A DNA stretch of 64,000 nt from positions 28,148,001 through 28,212,000 of the forward strand of contig OX597833.1 in NCBI GenBank assembly GCA_951406725.2, written 5' to 3'. The notes beneath the pieces are model-generated. The model was not told the DNA's origin. It saw nothing but the letters and a program-made list of their open reading frames with translations, and ran no database searches. Below, piece after piece: positions 1 through 12,800 of this stretch. Each line of letters begins with the position of its first letter. Within the stretch, counting starts at the first letter, position 1. The translations under genes were made by a program, and so were the position numbers. This DNA is from Octopus vulgaris. Lineage: Eukaryota.

Positions 1-59
1 TTTTATATTTTATGTTATTATTGAAACACTTGTTCATATGCATCATCATTCACACTCAC

Positions 60-441
60 ATGTAGACAAACCATTGTGTATACACATCCCAAACACACAC
101 AGACATGCATGTACATGGACATGCACACATACACACACACACACACATACACACGTACACATACATACACACACACACAAACGTATGCATACACACACAT
201 ATACATATGCTCACATTCTCTCCTGTACAAACTCAATGATACACGTACACACACACACACATACAACAATACCTACCACAGCCTGTATATATATATATAT
301 GCACACATACTTGAATAGCCACAATAATATACACATGCACAAGACACACTGCTAAACTCCCATCAAATACACCCAAACCAATACACACATACCGGGACAG
401 ACACTCACACATAAATGCATTGATGATCTTTTGCTCTCTTG

Positions 442-481
<40 letters not shown>

Positions 482-600
482 TACACATACACATTAAAGT
501 GTTTACATGTGCACAAATAAATACATATATATCTATGACAAATGTTTATTTGTATGTACATTACTCACTTTTTCTTTCTTTTCTTCTTTCTCTCTCTCTC
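60..600. repeat. Degenerate (CA)/(TA)/(CT) microsatellite region
   Basis: Dinucleotide runs read directly from the sequence. Confidence 0.9.
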
Positions 601-606
601 TTTCAG

Positions 607-820
607 TAAGCACCTCGAAAATATCTGAGAGGCAATCAGTTACTTTCTTAGACCATGAATCTACCGCTGCTAGCCCACCAACGGGACCACCTCCATCTGA
701 AGCTACTGAAGCTATTGAGGTAGAGACTCCTTCTGAAAGTTATCAGATAAGTGACATACAGATAGAGATAGATGAGGAGACTTTCTCGCTTGAAGATGTT
801 GAATCAACAGAAATGTTAGA
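607..820 (+). CDS. LRRC74: LRR gene exon (acidic, Ser/Glu/Pro-rich region)
   Basis: Long polypyrimidine tract, then tttcAG|taagc. Reads [13 protein letters not shown]...[10 protein letters not shown]. Donor GTGAGT at 821; ends in phase 2, matching the next exon. Confidence 0.75.
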
Positions 821-1154
821 GTGAGTGTTTTGATTATTATGGAAATGAGTTTAATTGATTGGTATTTTGTGTTCTGAAGAAGTCTTCAAATATTGCAAGT
901 TTAATTAATATTAAATTACTTTTACAATTTGAAGAATTCAGAAAGAAATGAAAAATAAGGATAACTCAGCAGAGTTGGAAAACATAGGCACAGACGTAGC
1001 TGTGTGGTAAGAAGCTGGCTTCCCAACCACATGGCTTTGGGTTCAGTTCACTGCATGGCACCTTGGACAAGCGTCTTCAACTATAGTCTTGGGCCAACCA
1101 AAGCCTTGTGAGTGGATTTGGTAGACAGAAACTGAAAGAAGCCTATAGCCTATG

Positions 1155-1202
<48 letters not shown>

Positions 1203-4200
1203 CATATATACATACATATACATCGATATATATATAATAAAAGAAACAAATAAAGTTTTATTAGAAACGTCAGAACACTTCTACATGGGCTCTATTGGAT
1301 GCAAAGAAGTTGTCAATAAATTGAAGAAGTTGTAAAGATAATTTAAGAGCACCCTGCATGTATATACACTGAACCTCAAAAGAAATGCAAGATGTGTGTG
1401 ACTGTGAAATATATTTTGATTTCATTATGTCTGTGATAAACTTTGAAAAAATCTGATAAAGATAATTTCTTGGATGCACTTTGACCACAATCTATGGGTT
1501 GTTGTCATGTGTTCTGGTAGTCGGCAGATCCAGCACATCGAGATGGTAGGGCATGACACGTTCAATACTGTATATGCCGTCCCTGGGTGTTCAAAACAAT
1601 CATACACTATTGGTACATGGAGTGCATGAGGAGATTCACAAAAGCCATTGGCACCTGTGCCCACACCTTGAGGAAAGCTGCCTCCAGTTTCACACAAGTT
1701 GTTGGCCTTGCAGCCACCTGGTTTTGCCATCTCTGAATTTCATCCCACAGGTGTTCAATTGGGTTCAAATCTGGGCTGAGAGCCGGCCATGGCATGATTC
1801 TGATGTTGTGCTGATGCAGGAAGTCCTTGGTGACGCTGGCCATGTGGATGGGAGCATTGTCCTGCTAGAACACGTGGCCATGGTGACGTGTGAAGAAGTG
1901 CACAATGTGAAGTCTTAGGATCTGGTCAACATAGCACTGCATTGTAATGCTATTCCCTCTGCCTGCATCAACATTTTGGAACACATGGGGCCCAATTCTC
2001 TGATTCAGGCCTATAGCACCCCAAACCATCATGCTTTGGCCACCCCACATATCTCTCTCTATGACACATGCATTTCTGTAGTGTTCACCCCTCCTATGCT
2101 ACACCCTCACTCTACCATCCAAGGTGGAAATACAGTACTAACTCTCATCAGAGAAGACTATTGACCTCCATTGTTGATACTGCCAATGTTGATGCTGTGT
2201 AGACCACTGATGGTAGCAGGCAGTGAGGAGAGGCCCTCGAGCAGGATGACAGCAGCAACTCCATACACTTTCTGCAACTTTTCATAGGCCTCCGAGCAGG
2301 TATTGCCATGGCAACTTACTCTATCATGGTCAATGCAATGATCACACATTACACACCTTCCTTCCAAGCACTGCTGTAAACAGCAGAAGTGAGCTAGAAC
2401 ATTAAAACTTAGTGCACCTGTACAGCAGAGTTAAAGATCAATTTGTGCCAAGCAGCTTCACTCTATGTACTTTAGCTTCATTACTATGGCAAACGTCTTT
2501 ATACTTATTGATCAGACTTCGTATTTCTGTCTGTGTATATATATAGATATATATATGGAAAAAAGTCAAGGGAGAAAATGATAAAATAATTTTATAAGAA
2601 ACATTTCAGTACCAGTTTCAGTCATTGAGACTTTTTCAACTGTAAATATAGAAAAAAATTAAAATTTGGAAAAATTAAATGAAAAGTATTTTAAAAGAAT
2701 ATTTGCATAGTATTCAAATATAAGGGTCATTTTCCTTATTTCTGCCTGTCTCTGTCTCCTGTTTACTCTTGTGGGTTCGAGATCATTGTGAATTCTTGGC
2801 AGAGAAGAAGAACAAGAACAACAAGAAGAAGAACAAGAACAACAAGAAGAAGAACAAGAACAACAAGAACAAGAACAAGAACAAGAACAAGAACAAGATC
2901 AACAAGAACAAGAACAAGAACAAGAACAAGAACAAGAAGAAAATGTGGGAGTGGTATGATAGTAGTAGGATGTTAAATGGTCAAGTGCCCTGAAAGTGAC
3001 TTGTTGTGGATGGTAGTAGTAGTGATTGAATTCTTGAGATATCACTTTTGATTGTATATATATCATCATCATCGTTTAACGTCCGTTTTCTGCACATGCA
3101 CGGGTTGGACGGTTTGACCGGGGTCTGGGAAGCCAGGGGCTGCACCAGGCTCCAGTCTGATCTGGCAGTATTTCTACAGCTGGATGCCCTTCCTAACGCC
3201 AACAACTCCGCGAGTGTAGTGGGTGCTTTTTACGTGCCACCTGCACAGGTGCCAGGGGGTCTGGCATCGGCCGCAATCGGTTGGTGCTTTTAACATGCCA
3301 CCAGCACGGAAGCCAGCCAGGGCGGCACTGGCATCAGCCACGTTCGGATGGTGCTTATGTGCCACCGGCACAGAAGCCAGTTGAGGCGGCACTGGCATAA
3401 GCCACATTCGGATGGTGCTTTTTATGTGCCACCGGCACAGAAGCCAGTTGAGGCGGCGCTGGCAACAGCCACGTTCGGATGATGCTTTTTATGTGCCACT
3501 GGCACAGGTATCACATCTACTATTTCCATTGATATTTGTTTCGATGTTCATGTACATGCACTTGACTCAACAGGTCTCCTCAAGCACAGCGAGATGTTCC
3601 GGGATCCAAGGTACTTTGAATGGGCAGGGGCTATGCAGAACTGGTGCCGGAAGCATCCCGGGTCTTTGTAGTCACAGCACATCTCCAGAGATCTCGGCCC
3701 TTCGCCATTGCCTCAGTGAGGCCCAACGCTCTGAGGTCATGCTTGACTACCTCATCCCATGTCTTCCTGGGTCTACCTCTCCCCCTGATTCCTTCAACTG
3801 TTTGGGAGCGGCACTTCTTCACACATCTCTCCTCATCCATCCGCAGTACATGGCCATACCATCGCAAGCATCGCTCTTGCACACCGCATCTGATGCTTCT
3901 TATGCCTAGCATTTCTCTCAGGGTGCTTACACTCTGTCGTGCATTCACACTGACATTACACATCCAGCGGATCATGCTAGCTTCATTACTTTCAAGTCTA
4001 CGCATGTCCTCTGCAGTCACGGCCCATGTTTCACTGCCGTGAAGCATGGCAGTTCGCACACATGCATCATACAATCTACCTTTCACTCTGAGTGAGAGAC
4101 CATTTGTCGCCAGTAGGGGTAGGAGCTTTATAAACTTTGCCCAGGCTATTCATACTCTAGTGGTGACACTCTCTGAGCATCCACCTCCACTACTAACTTG

Positions 4201-5350
4201 GTCACCCAGGTAGCGGAAACTATCAACTACTTCTAGTTTCTCCCCCTGGAGTGTGATGGAATCTGTTTTCTGAGTATTTGTGGTGTCTATTGTCCCTGTG
4301 CATCTGCCACACATGAAAGCTATCTTATCAGTTAATTTCCCTTTGATGTTGCTGCACCTCTTATGCGTCCATAGCTTACACTGGGTGCATCTTATGGAGT
4401 TTCTACCTACACCTTTCCTACAACTCGAGCAGGGCCACCTGCCGGATGGGGTGAGTGCTGAGTTTGGCTTTCTGCTTACTATAACTTTGGTCTTCGCTAC
4501 ATTTACTCTAAGGCCCTTTGATTCTAACCCTTGTTTCCACACCCTAAATTTCTTTTCTAGTTCCGGTAGTGATTCTGCTATGAGAGCCAGGTCATCAGCA
4601 TAGAGGAGCTCCCAGGGGCAACCTGTTTTGAATTCCTCTGTTATTGCCTGGAGGACTATGATGAATAAAAGGGGACTGAGGGCTGAGCCTTGGTGTACAC
4701 CTACTTCTACCCGGAATTCTTCACTATATTCGTTGCCAATCCTAACCTTGCTGACAGCCTCTCTGTATAGAGCCTGTACAGCCCTTATTAGCCATTCGTC
4801 AATCTCCAGTTTCCGCATCGACCACCAGATAAGGGATCGGGGAACCCTGTCAAAGGCTTTCTCCAAGTCCACAAAAGCTATGTAGAGGGGTTTATCTTTA
4901 GCTAGGTACTTCTCCTGCAGTTGTCGGACCAGGAATATAGCATCAGTGGTGCTTCTAACCCGGCACAAAACCGAACTGCATCTCATCTAAGCAAATCCTC
5001 TCCCTAATGAGATGGGTTATGACCCTCTCTGTGACCTTCATCACCTGATCCAACAGTTTAATACCCCTGTAGTTATTTATATCTAGAGCATCACCCTTAC
5101 CCTTGTAGCAGTTGACTATGGTGCTGCTACGCCAGTCATTGGGTATGACTCCATTATGAACTACCTGGTTTACAATACAGGTGACTAGGCCATAGCCCAC
5201 ATAACCAGCTGTTTTAAGCATCTCAGCAGTGATACCTGATGGGCCGGGGGCTTTACCTGGTTTCATACCCTTAATTGCCTTAACTACAAGGGAGCAGTCT
5301 ATTTGGATAGCTGGTCCCTCTACTGGGTCAACATTTGGCAGGCTCTCCTC

Positions 5351-5434
<84 letters not shown>

Positions 5435-6496
5435 TGTATGTATGTATATGTATACACACAGTCTACATGTTTCTGTGTGTATATTTATGTTGTCTCTATG
5501 CCATACACACCTTCCTCAACTTTCTTTGTATTTCTTCTCTTAACAGGAAACGTCACAAGATATCAGCATCTGATTTACAATGTTAGTATAATTGTATATT
5601 TTCTATTTAGTATAAGAGGACTGATGTTATAGCTGTGCTGTGTGATATGTTGTATGGTTGTTGTTCTTATTGTTTAACTAGCAAGTCAGATCTAATCAAG
5701 CAGACCTTTCATCAAAAATATTCTAGCAGTAAACATCTCCAACCCTGCCATTATTTTCAACCATTGTGTATCAAAGACTAGCTAATGTAACCTTCCTTTT
5801 TCTTAAGATGGTGGTATATGATTTTGAAGGTATTAGACTGCTATTTCTAGCCAGTCAAGCAAGTAAGTAGAGCAGTGGTCCTCAACCATTTTATACCCCT
5901 TTGATTTCTATTTCATTCTTGTGGACCGCATAGCCATTCAAAGGTTAAAAAGTACTTAAAGGAGGAGGAGGAGGATAACAGTTTCAAGTGAGTAATGTTA
6001 AAATTCTTCTACCAACTTACCTATTCAGCTAATGTTGAAACAAGAATCCAAGTCTACCGCCTTGCCTGTCACCATTTCAAAGTTTTGCCAATGACTACAT
6101 TTATTACCAACATACATAAGACCGATATTAATCTAGAGCATCTTGGTATCACACCAAAAGAAGCTCATGCAATGAGCATTCCATTGAGGGTGAGTGAGTT
6201 CTTATTTTCTATTAGCTTTTATATATCAATATTTTGTGTCTGTATTGGGGCAGCTATCTTTTATTTTTTCATTGGCATCAGTCATTGAACTTCAGCCATG
6301 CTGGAGCACTGCATTGGAGAGTTTTAGTAAAAAGAAATCGTCTCTAATACTTATTTTTTCTTAAGCTTGTTACTTATTGTATCAGTTTCTTTTTGCCAAA
6401 CTTCTAGGTTACAGAGACATAAGCAAACCAAGACCAGTTGCAAAGCAGTGATGGGGAGACAAACATAAACATATATAAACACACATAGATATATAC

Positions 6497-6561
<65 letters not shown>

Positions 6562-6834
6562 CCAGAGTAGGCACATAAATGTGAAACAAGGTGGAAAAAA
6601 TAGTATAAGCATACCAGAAGTAGAGTAATATGCTTTATTAATAAAGCTGCAAAGACATCACAAAAACTGTTACTCAGAGTTTCACGTTCCCATTGTCAGA
6701 CTGATGTCTTTGCAGCTTTATAAAATAATACATATATATAGTTGAATAGCTATTTGGTGTTTATAAGAATGGAGAGCTAAAGGTTAAACTTATTAATTCT
6801 TGTATATTGCATCTTCCGTCTTTCATTTACCATA

Positions 6835-6866
<32 letters not shown>

Positions 6867-9800
6867 GTGTGTGTGCGTGTGTGTGTGTACACACACATCA
6901 TCATTGTCATCATCAGTCAGCATCTGTTTCCCTGCTGGCATGGATTAGACAGTTTGACTGGAACTGGTAAGCTGGAGAGCTGCACCAGGTTCCAATCTCA
7001 TTTGATGTGGTTTCTATGGCTGGATGCCCTTCCTAATGCCAACCACTCCAAGAGTGTAATGAGTGCTTTTTACATGCCACCAGCATGGTTGCCTGTAATG
7101 TGACACTGGCAATAGCCATGACTACATACATACACACATACATACATACATACATACATACATACACACATACATACATACATACTTACACACACACACA
7201 CACATATATATCTATTATATAAAATCTGTTCTGTCTGTCTATGCTGAATTTTCATTAAATATACATATACATACATATACATTGTTGCAAAATGTGGCCT
7301 CCTGACACCAACACAGCTCCAACAGTCGTGTAAACAGTTAGAAAACCACAGGCCTGTCCAACAAACCAACTTGCTTAGAGAGGAAGAAGTAATCGTACCT
7401 GGCTGGATGTCTTGTGTTCTTCATCACTTGGCATCACTTTGACTGGTCACATCAAATCTTTACACCAACTGTCTTCATTGCAAAGTATGGCCAAATTACT
7501 TAGAAGTTCACTTTGCAGCCATGAGGTCTCAGGTTTAATCTTTCTGCTTGACACCTTGAGCAAATGTTTTCTTTTAGTCTTAGACTGCCCTATCCTTGTG
7601 AATGAAAAAAAGAAGTCACAAACCATATAGAAACCCACTGGATGGATTGTGCCAGCATTTCAAAAAGAAACAGCCTTGTCACACACTGTCACATTGAATT
7701 TGCTTGGGAATGATATAAGAACACTCTTGTCTGTGGAATGGTCAGCCAGTTATACACTTATTCAGGATCGAGTAATTCGATTGATTGAAAAACTGAATTG
7801 TCATCATCAAACAATCAAGTTCCACCATTCTTGTTCCATGCATTCAGAAACTCATTGTGGGATTAGAAACACCTTACTTACCATTAGAAATTCTTGTTTT
7901 CAGTATCTCATTCTATTCTTGCTCGTTTGAACCATTTGGTTGGTGTTTTGCAAGTCTTACATATATTGTTCTGTGACACCCATGTTTCTAGGGATGAATT
8001 ATTCCAACCCCAAAGAATCCTTCTCCACACATGGCTATGATGCCCCTCCATTACACTTGCTCATGATGAGAGATACACATATTGTGAGCCACTAAGGGAT
8101 ATGTTTGACTGGTTGTTTGTTCCTTCTTGAGCCATGCCTGGTTCATAAGGGCCGGTTTCCCGGTTTCCTTGGCATATAGGTTCCCCACCTGGATGGGACG
8201 CCGGTCCATCACAGGTGAGCTGCAAAATGCAGGTAGAAAGAGCGAGAGAAAGTTGTGGCGAAAGAGTTAGCTGAAGTTCGCCATTACCTTCTGCCAGAGT
8301 CGCGTGGAGCTTAGGTGTTTCGCTCATAAACACACACATCGCATGGTCTGAGATTCGAACCCACGATCCCTCAACCGTGAGTCCACTGCTCTAACCACTA
8401 GGCTATGTGCCTCTACATTTGACTGGTTACGGTCAAGCAAATGACAAGCAAATCTGTAGTATTGAGCAGAAGATTTGCTGTAGCTCTTCTTTTTCATCAA
8501 GACAAAACATGTAAATGTTAACACTGCCAATCATTTAAGATTAGATGCTATGAGAGTCACTGCATGGTATTGTTATTATTATTATTATTTAAGGTGGCGA
8601 GCTAGCAGAATCGTCAGCATGCTTAGCGGCATTTCATCCATTGCTACATTCTGAGTTCAAATTCCACCAAGGTTGACTTTGCCTTTCATCCTTTCAGGGT
8701 CAGTTAAATAAGTACCAGTTATGCACTGGGGTCGATGTAATCGACTTAATCCCTTCACTCAAATTTCAGGCCTTGTAGCTACAGTAGAAAGGTTTGTTAT
8801 TATTATTATTACTACTATTATTGTTATTATATTCAAATTCTGCCGAGGTTGACTTTGTCTTTCATCCTTTCATGGTCAATAAATTAAGTGCCAGTGAAAC
8901 ACTACAATTAATATAATCAACTAGTCCCCTCCCCAAAACTTTCAGTAGAAAGGATTACTATTATTATCATTATTATTATTTGAACTGGCAGAATCGTTAG
9001 TACACTGGAGAAAATGCTTAGCAGCATTTCATTTGTCTCTACATTCTGAGTTCAAATTCTGCCACGGCCAACTTTGCCTTTCATCCCTTCAAGGTCGATA
9101 AAATAAGTACCAGTTGTTTACTGGGATCAATGAAATCAAATAGGCCCCTCCCACAAAATAACTATGTCCCATGAGGTTTCTACATTCTCAATTCCAATCT
9201 CATTGAGAGCAACTTTGCATTTCATCTTCCTAGTTTCAACAAATACCAGTCAGACAATGGTATTGAAACTGCCACCCAGTGTAAGAAATATGATTGCACG
9301 TGGTCGCATTGTGTAGGGAATACGATCGCACGTGGTCATATTCTTAACGAATTATTATAAGCCATAAATACAATGCAGTACCAAAAGAACATAGGTGAAT
9401 TGACGACAAGCCGTTCCACTGTGTGCGTGCAACACGTGTTTGTGTTTGTGTGTGTGACAGATACAATAAGGATGAAAGCGTGTGACATAGTAGGTACAGA
9501 GCATAGAGTTAATGATGGAAATTGATTTACTGTTCATGAGGCACACGAAGTGTAAGCGTTCAATATCAAGTTGTTGTGTCTCGGAGCTGAGATTAGTTGA
9601 ATCACTTGTTGTGCTTATCTTTCTCTTGATATAGATATTCTTTCAGATATATATACTGCAACTGTTTTTCCGTGGTGAGATTTTCACCTAACAGCATGCG
9701 TTGAATTTGTAGTATCTTGTGTACAAGTTAAATCTTCGTAGATAGAGACGATGTTGGCGATGACGTTATGTCTGTCGCTTGGTTTACTATAGCGTCTTCA

Positions 9801-12800
9801 TATCATGTTTTGCTTGGTTATTTTTCTTTTGATAGACATTCTTTCAGATATATATATACTGCAACTGTTTTTCCGTGGTGAAATTTTCACACTAACAGTA
9901 TGAGTTGAATCTGTGAAGTTGGTGTGTACATGTCTGAAGTGGACGATGGTGATGGCGACTTGAAGTTGGTACAATGATGGTGACGACGGCGGCGGAGATA
10001 GAAGGCTTTCTGTGGTGAGTGTACATTAGCGTCATCGTGACTGATCGTCTGTCGCTGTGACTGGAACATGTTGAGTAGCTCTGTGGTCAGAGGTTTAGTC
10101 CTCATAAGGACTAGAAACCAAAGACGAAAGTGTCTGAGAACACTCCCTTATATACAAGTAAGGTGGCTCAAACGAGCTTACGAAATGGGACCTTAACCAA
10201 AGGCCGTGATTGGTTGGCTTTGGCCAGTGGCACGAAATAAGTAGAGAGACAGACCGCGCTTAGATGCCAACCAATCAAAATAGTGGACACAACAACGTTA
10301 AACTAGCCAAAGATGTTTGTAATCTCAAACGAGATCATTCTTAATATTTCTCTCAAACGGTGAAGATAGCAATGAAGAAAACAATATTGCTACAGATAGC
10401 CTCTTGCCAGACGTTTTGTCATAGACAAAACGACGATAAAATTGAAGCAAAGATGATATTCGAACGGTTGGTCAATTTAACTGGCACTAAGTCACCTATG
10501 TGGAATGTTCGAGTGAACATAAAATGGCTGCGTAGTGAATACGAATGGCTGCGTATTTGATCACGTCGGGTCACCAGTGTAAGAAATAATAATGGCTGCG
10601 TGTTTGATCACGTCGGGGTCACCAGTGTAAGAAATATGATTGCACGTGGTCGCATTGTGTACGGAATACGAATGGCTGCGTGTTTGAAAACGGCGGGTCA
10701 CCAGTGTAGGTAATAATAATGGCTGCGTGTTTGAAAACGGCGGGTCACCAGTGTATAACGAATTTTCTTCGCAAAATTGTAACAATTTTTCTGGCGAGAG
10801 GCTGATGTAGCGTGGCAGTTTCAGCCATTTTGAAATATGACTATAGCGATTTCTAATATCTTCACTATTTGAAAGGCAAGGCAGAAATGATCTCGTTTGA
10901 GGTTACAGCCATCTTTGGCTAACTTGTTCCTGTTGTAAACACTAACCTGATTGGTTGACACGTGACGTGATTTGTCTCCACTTATTTTCGCGCCAGTGTC
11001 CCGAAACAACCAATCACGGCCTTTGGTTAAGATTCCATTTCTGAGGCTCGTTTGAGCCACCCAACCGGTATATAAAGGAGTGTTTTCAGACACTTTTTGT
11101 CTTTGGTTCCAGTTCTTCTAAGAACTAACTTTACACCACAGCGCTACTCAACCAAGCGATATACGATTGTTCCTGCTGCCACTAGCTACGACGCTAATGT
11201 ACACAATCACAGAAAGCCTACTATCTTCGCCGTCTCCACCATCATGTATCAACTTCAAGTCGTTTCCAACGTTTTCGCCATACGAACAGTAAACCAATTT
11301 CCATTATATATTCTATGTTCTGTACCCTTTTATGCCAAACGCATCCACTCTGATTGTTCTGTCACACACACGAACACACAGACACAAACACGTGTTGCAT
11401 GCGCACACGCGTGTTAACGCTTACGAACTCCTAACATTGACACGGTTGTAAAATAAATAATATTTATCTCTCCACAGCAAGACTTGTCGTCGATTCACTT
11501 ATGTTCTGTTGTTACTGCATGTTTTTATGGATGTAATAATTCGTTAAGAATATGACCACGTGCGATCGTATTCCCTACACAATGCGACCACGTGCATTCA
11601 TATTGCTTACACTGGTGACCCCGACGTGATCATTTCTGCCTTGCCTTTCAAATAGTGAAGATATTAGAAATCGCTATAGTCATATTTCAAAATGGCTGAA
11701 ACTGCCACGCTACAGTATCAATTAAGTCTACAACACCCTGATTAGAAAGTCTATAGCCTTATTAGAAATTCCATCAACATTATTAATTAGGACGTACATT
11801 TTTTACACTTTTCCTTGGTTCTGTCATTGGACTGTGGTGATTCTGGAGCATCATGATGAAGAATTTTTAATCGATCATATCTGGCCCTTATTTTATCAAT
11901 CTCTTTGTTGAAAAGCTAAGTTATGGAGCATGACCAATGAAAGCTGTTTTTCAAGTAATACCATAATACCAGTGTTAACACAAACACATTAACAGACAAA
12001 CACATAAATAATACCACATTGGTGGATAAAAATTCTTTACTTATGGGTTAAGACTTCCATTGGTTTCATGGAAGAGAGAAATCCCTTTACAGCTATCAAG
12101 CTTGCTGCATGGAACATTGGTGTTCAATTCCATTTTGATTCAGATCCCTTAGCATTTAAACCAGTTATATCCAGCAAAATTATTCTACTGATTTTATGTT
12201 CAAACTCACCATATGCAACCTCTCATACTTACCCTCCAAGATGGAGATGAGCAATAATGCTCCATGAAGCAAGCTTGATAATTGGTAAGGGATTTCTCTC
12301 TTAACATAAAACCAATGGTAGCCTTAACCCATAAATAGATACATATACACTCTTTATTTGTGGATTAACGGTGCTACCAATGGTTTCATGTGGAAATCAC
12401 TGCTAGCAGTGTTAATCCACAAATAAAGAATATTTATCCATCAAATGCAGTGTTGGGCAAGCATTCTCATTATTCCACACTATCACACAGATACACACAC
12501 ACACACACACACTCACACACACATCATGAGTTTCTACCAATTTCACTCACAAAGCATTGCTCAGCTCAAGGATAGGGAACACATGGTCCAAGGTGCCACA
12601 CAGTGGGACAGAATCTGGTTGCAAAGTGAACTTCTTGACTGCACAACCACACATATGATTATGTTCTGTTTTCAAATCTTATTATGATAGATTTTGTCTT
12701 CTACACCATATTTGACATGAATAAAATAAGTATCAATAATATACAGAGCTAAAGAGCTGGCAGAACTGTTAGCCTGCTGGGTAAAATGCTTGGTGACATT

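Larger units (their letters stand above)
9264..11714. mobile_element. Composite LTR-retrotransposon-derived insertion: inverted LTR pair plus tRNA-Trp/PBS array
   Basis: Begins TG, ends CA, and is flanked by GTAT (9260-9263) and GTAT (11715-11718) inside a SINE-like sequence. Internal parts are listed separately. Confidence 0.7.

Noticed and set aside
18-561. His/Thr/Tyr/Ile/Val/Cys-rich ORFs here and throughout the track (e.g. 26443, 43835-44659, 47853, 53213-53879)
   Set aside because: Translations of (CA)n, (TA)n and (TACA)n microsatellites.
2769-2993. Lys/Asn-rich or Arg/Thr-rich basic ORF
   Set aside because: Entirely an AAGAAC simple repeat with no splice or domain support.
10591-10624. 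tRNA-Trp gene
   Set aside because: Only the 3' ~31 nt including CCA are present; no D-arm or anticodon arm.
10523-10760. CRISPR-like repeat/spacer appearance
   Set aside because: Eukaryotic context and no cas genes. The repeats are tRNA-Trp 3'-end matches and the spacers are nested fragments of the neighbouring LTR end.
12351-12429. Pre-miRNA candidate hairpin
   Set aside because: Part of it is shared with the adjacent inverted repeat, so a transposon fold-back origin is more likely. It cannot be called without small-RNA data.
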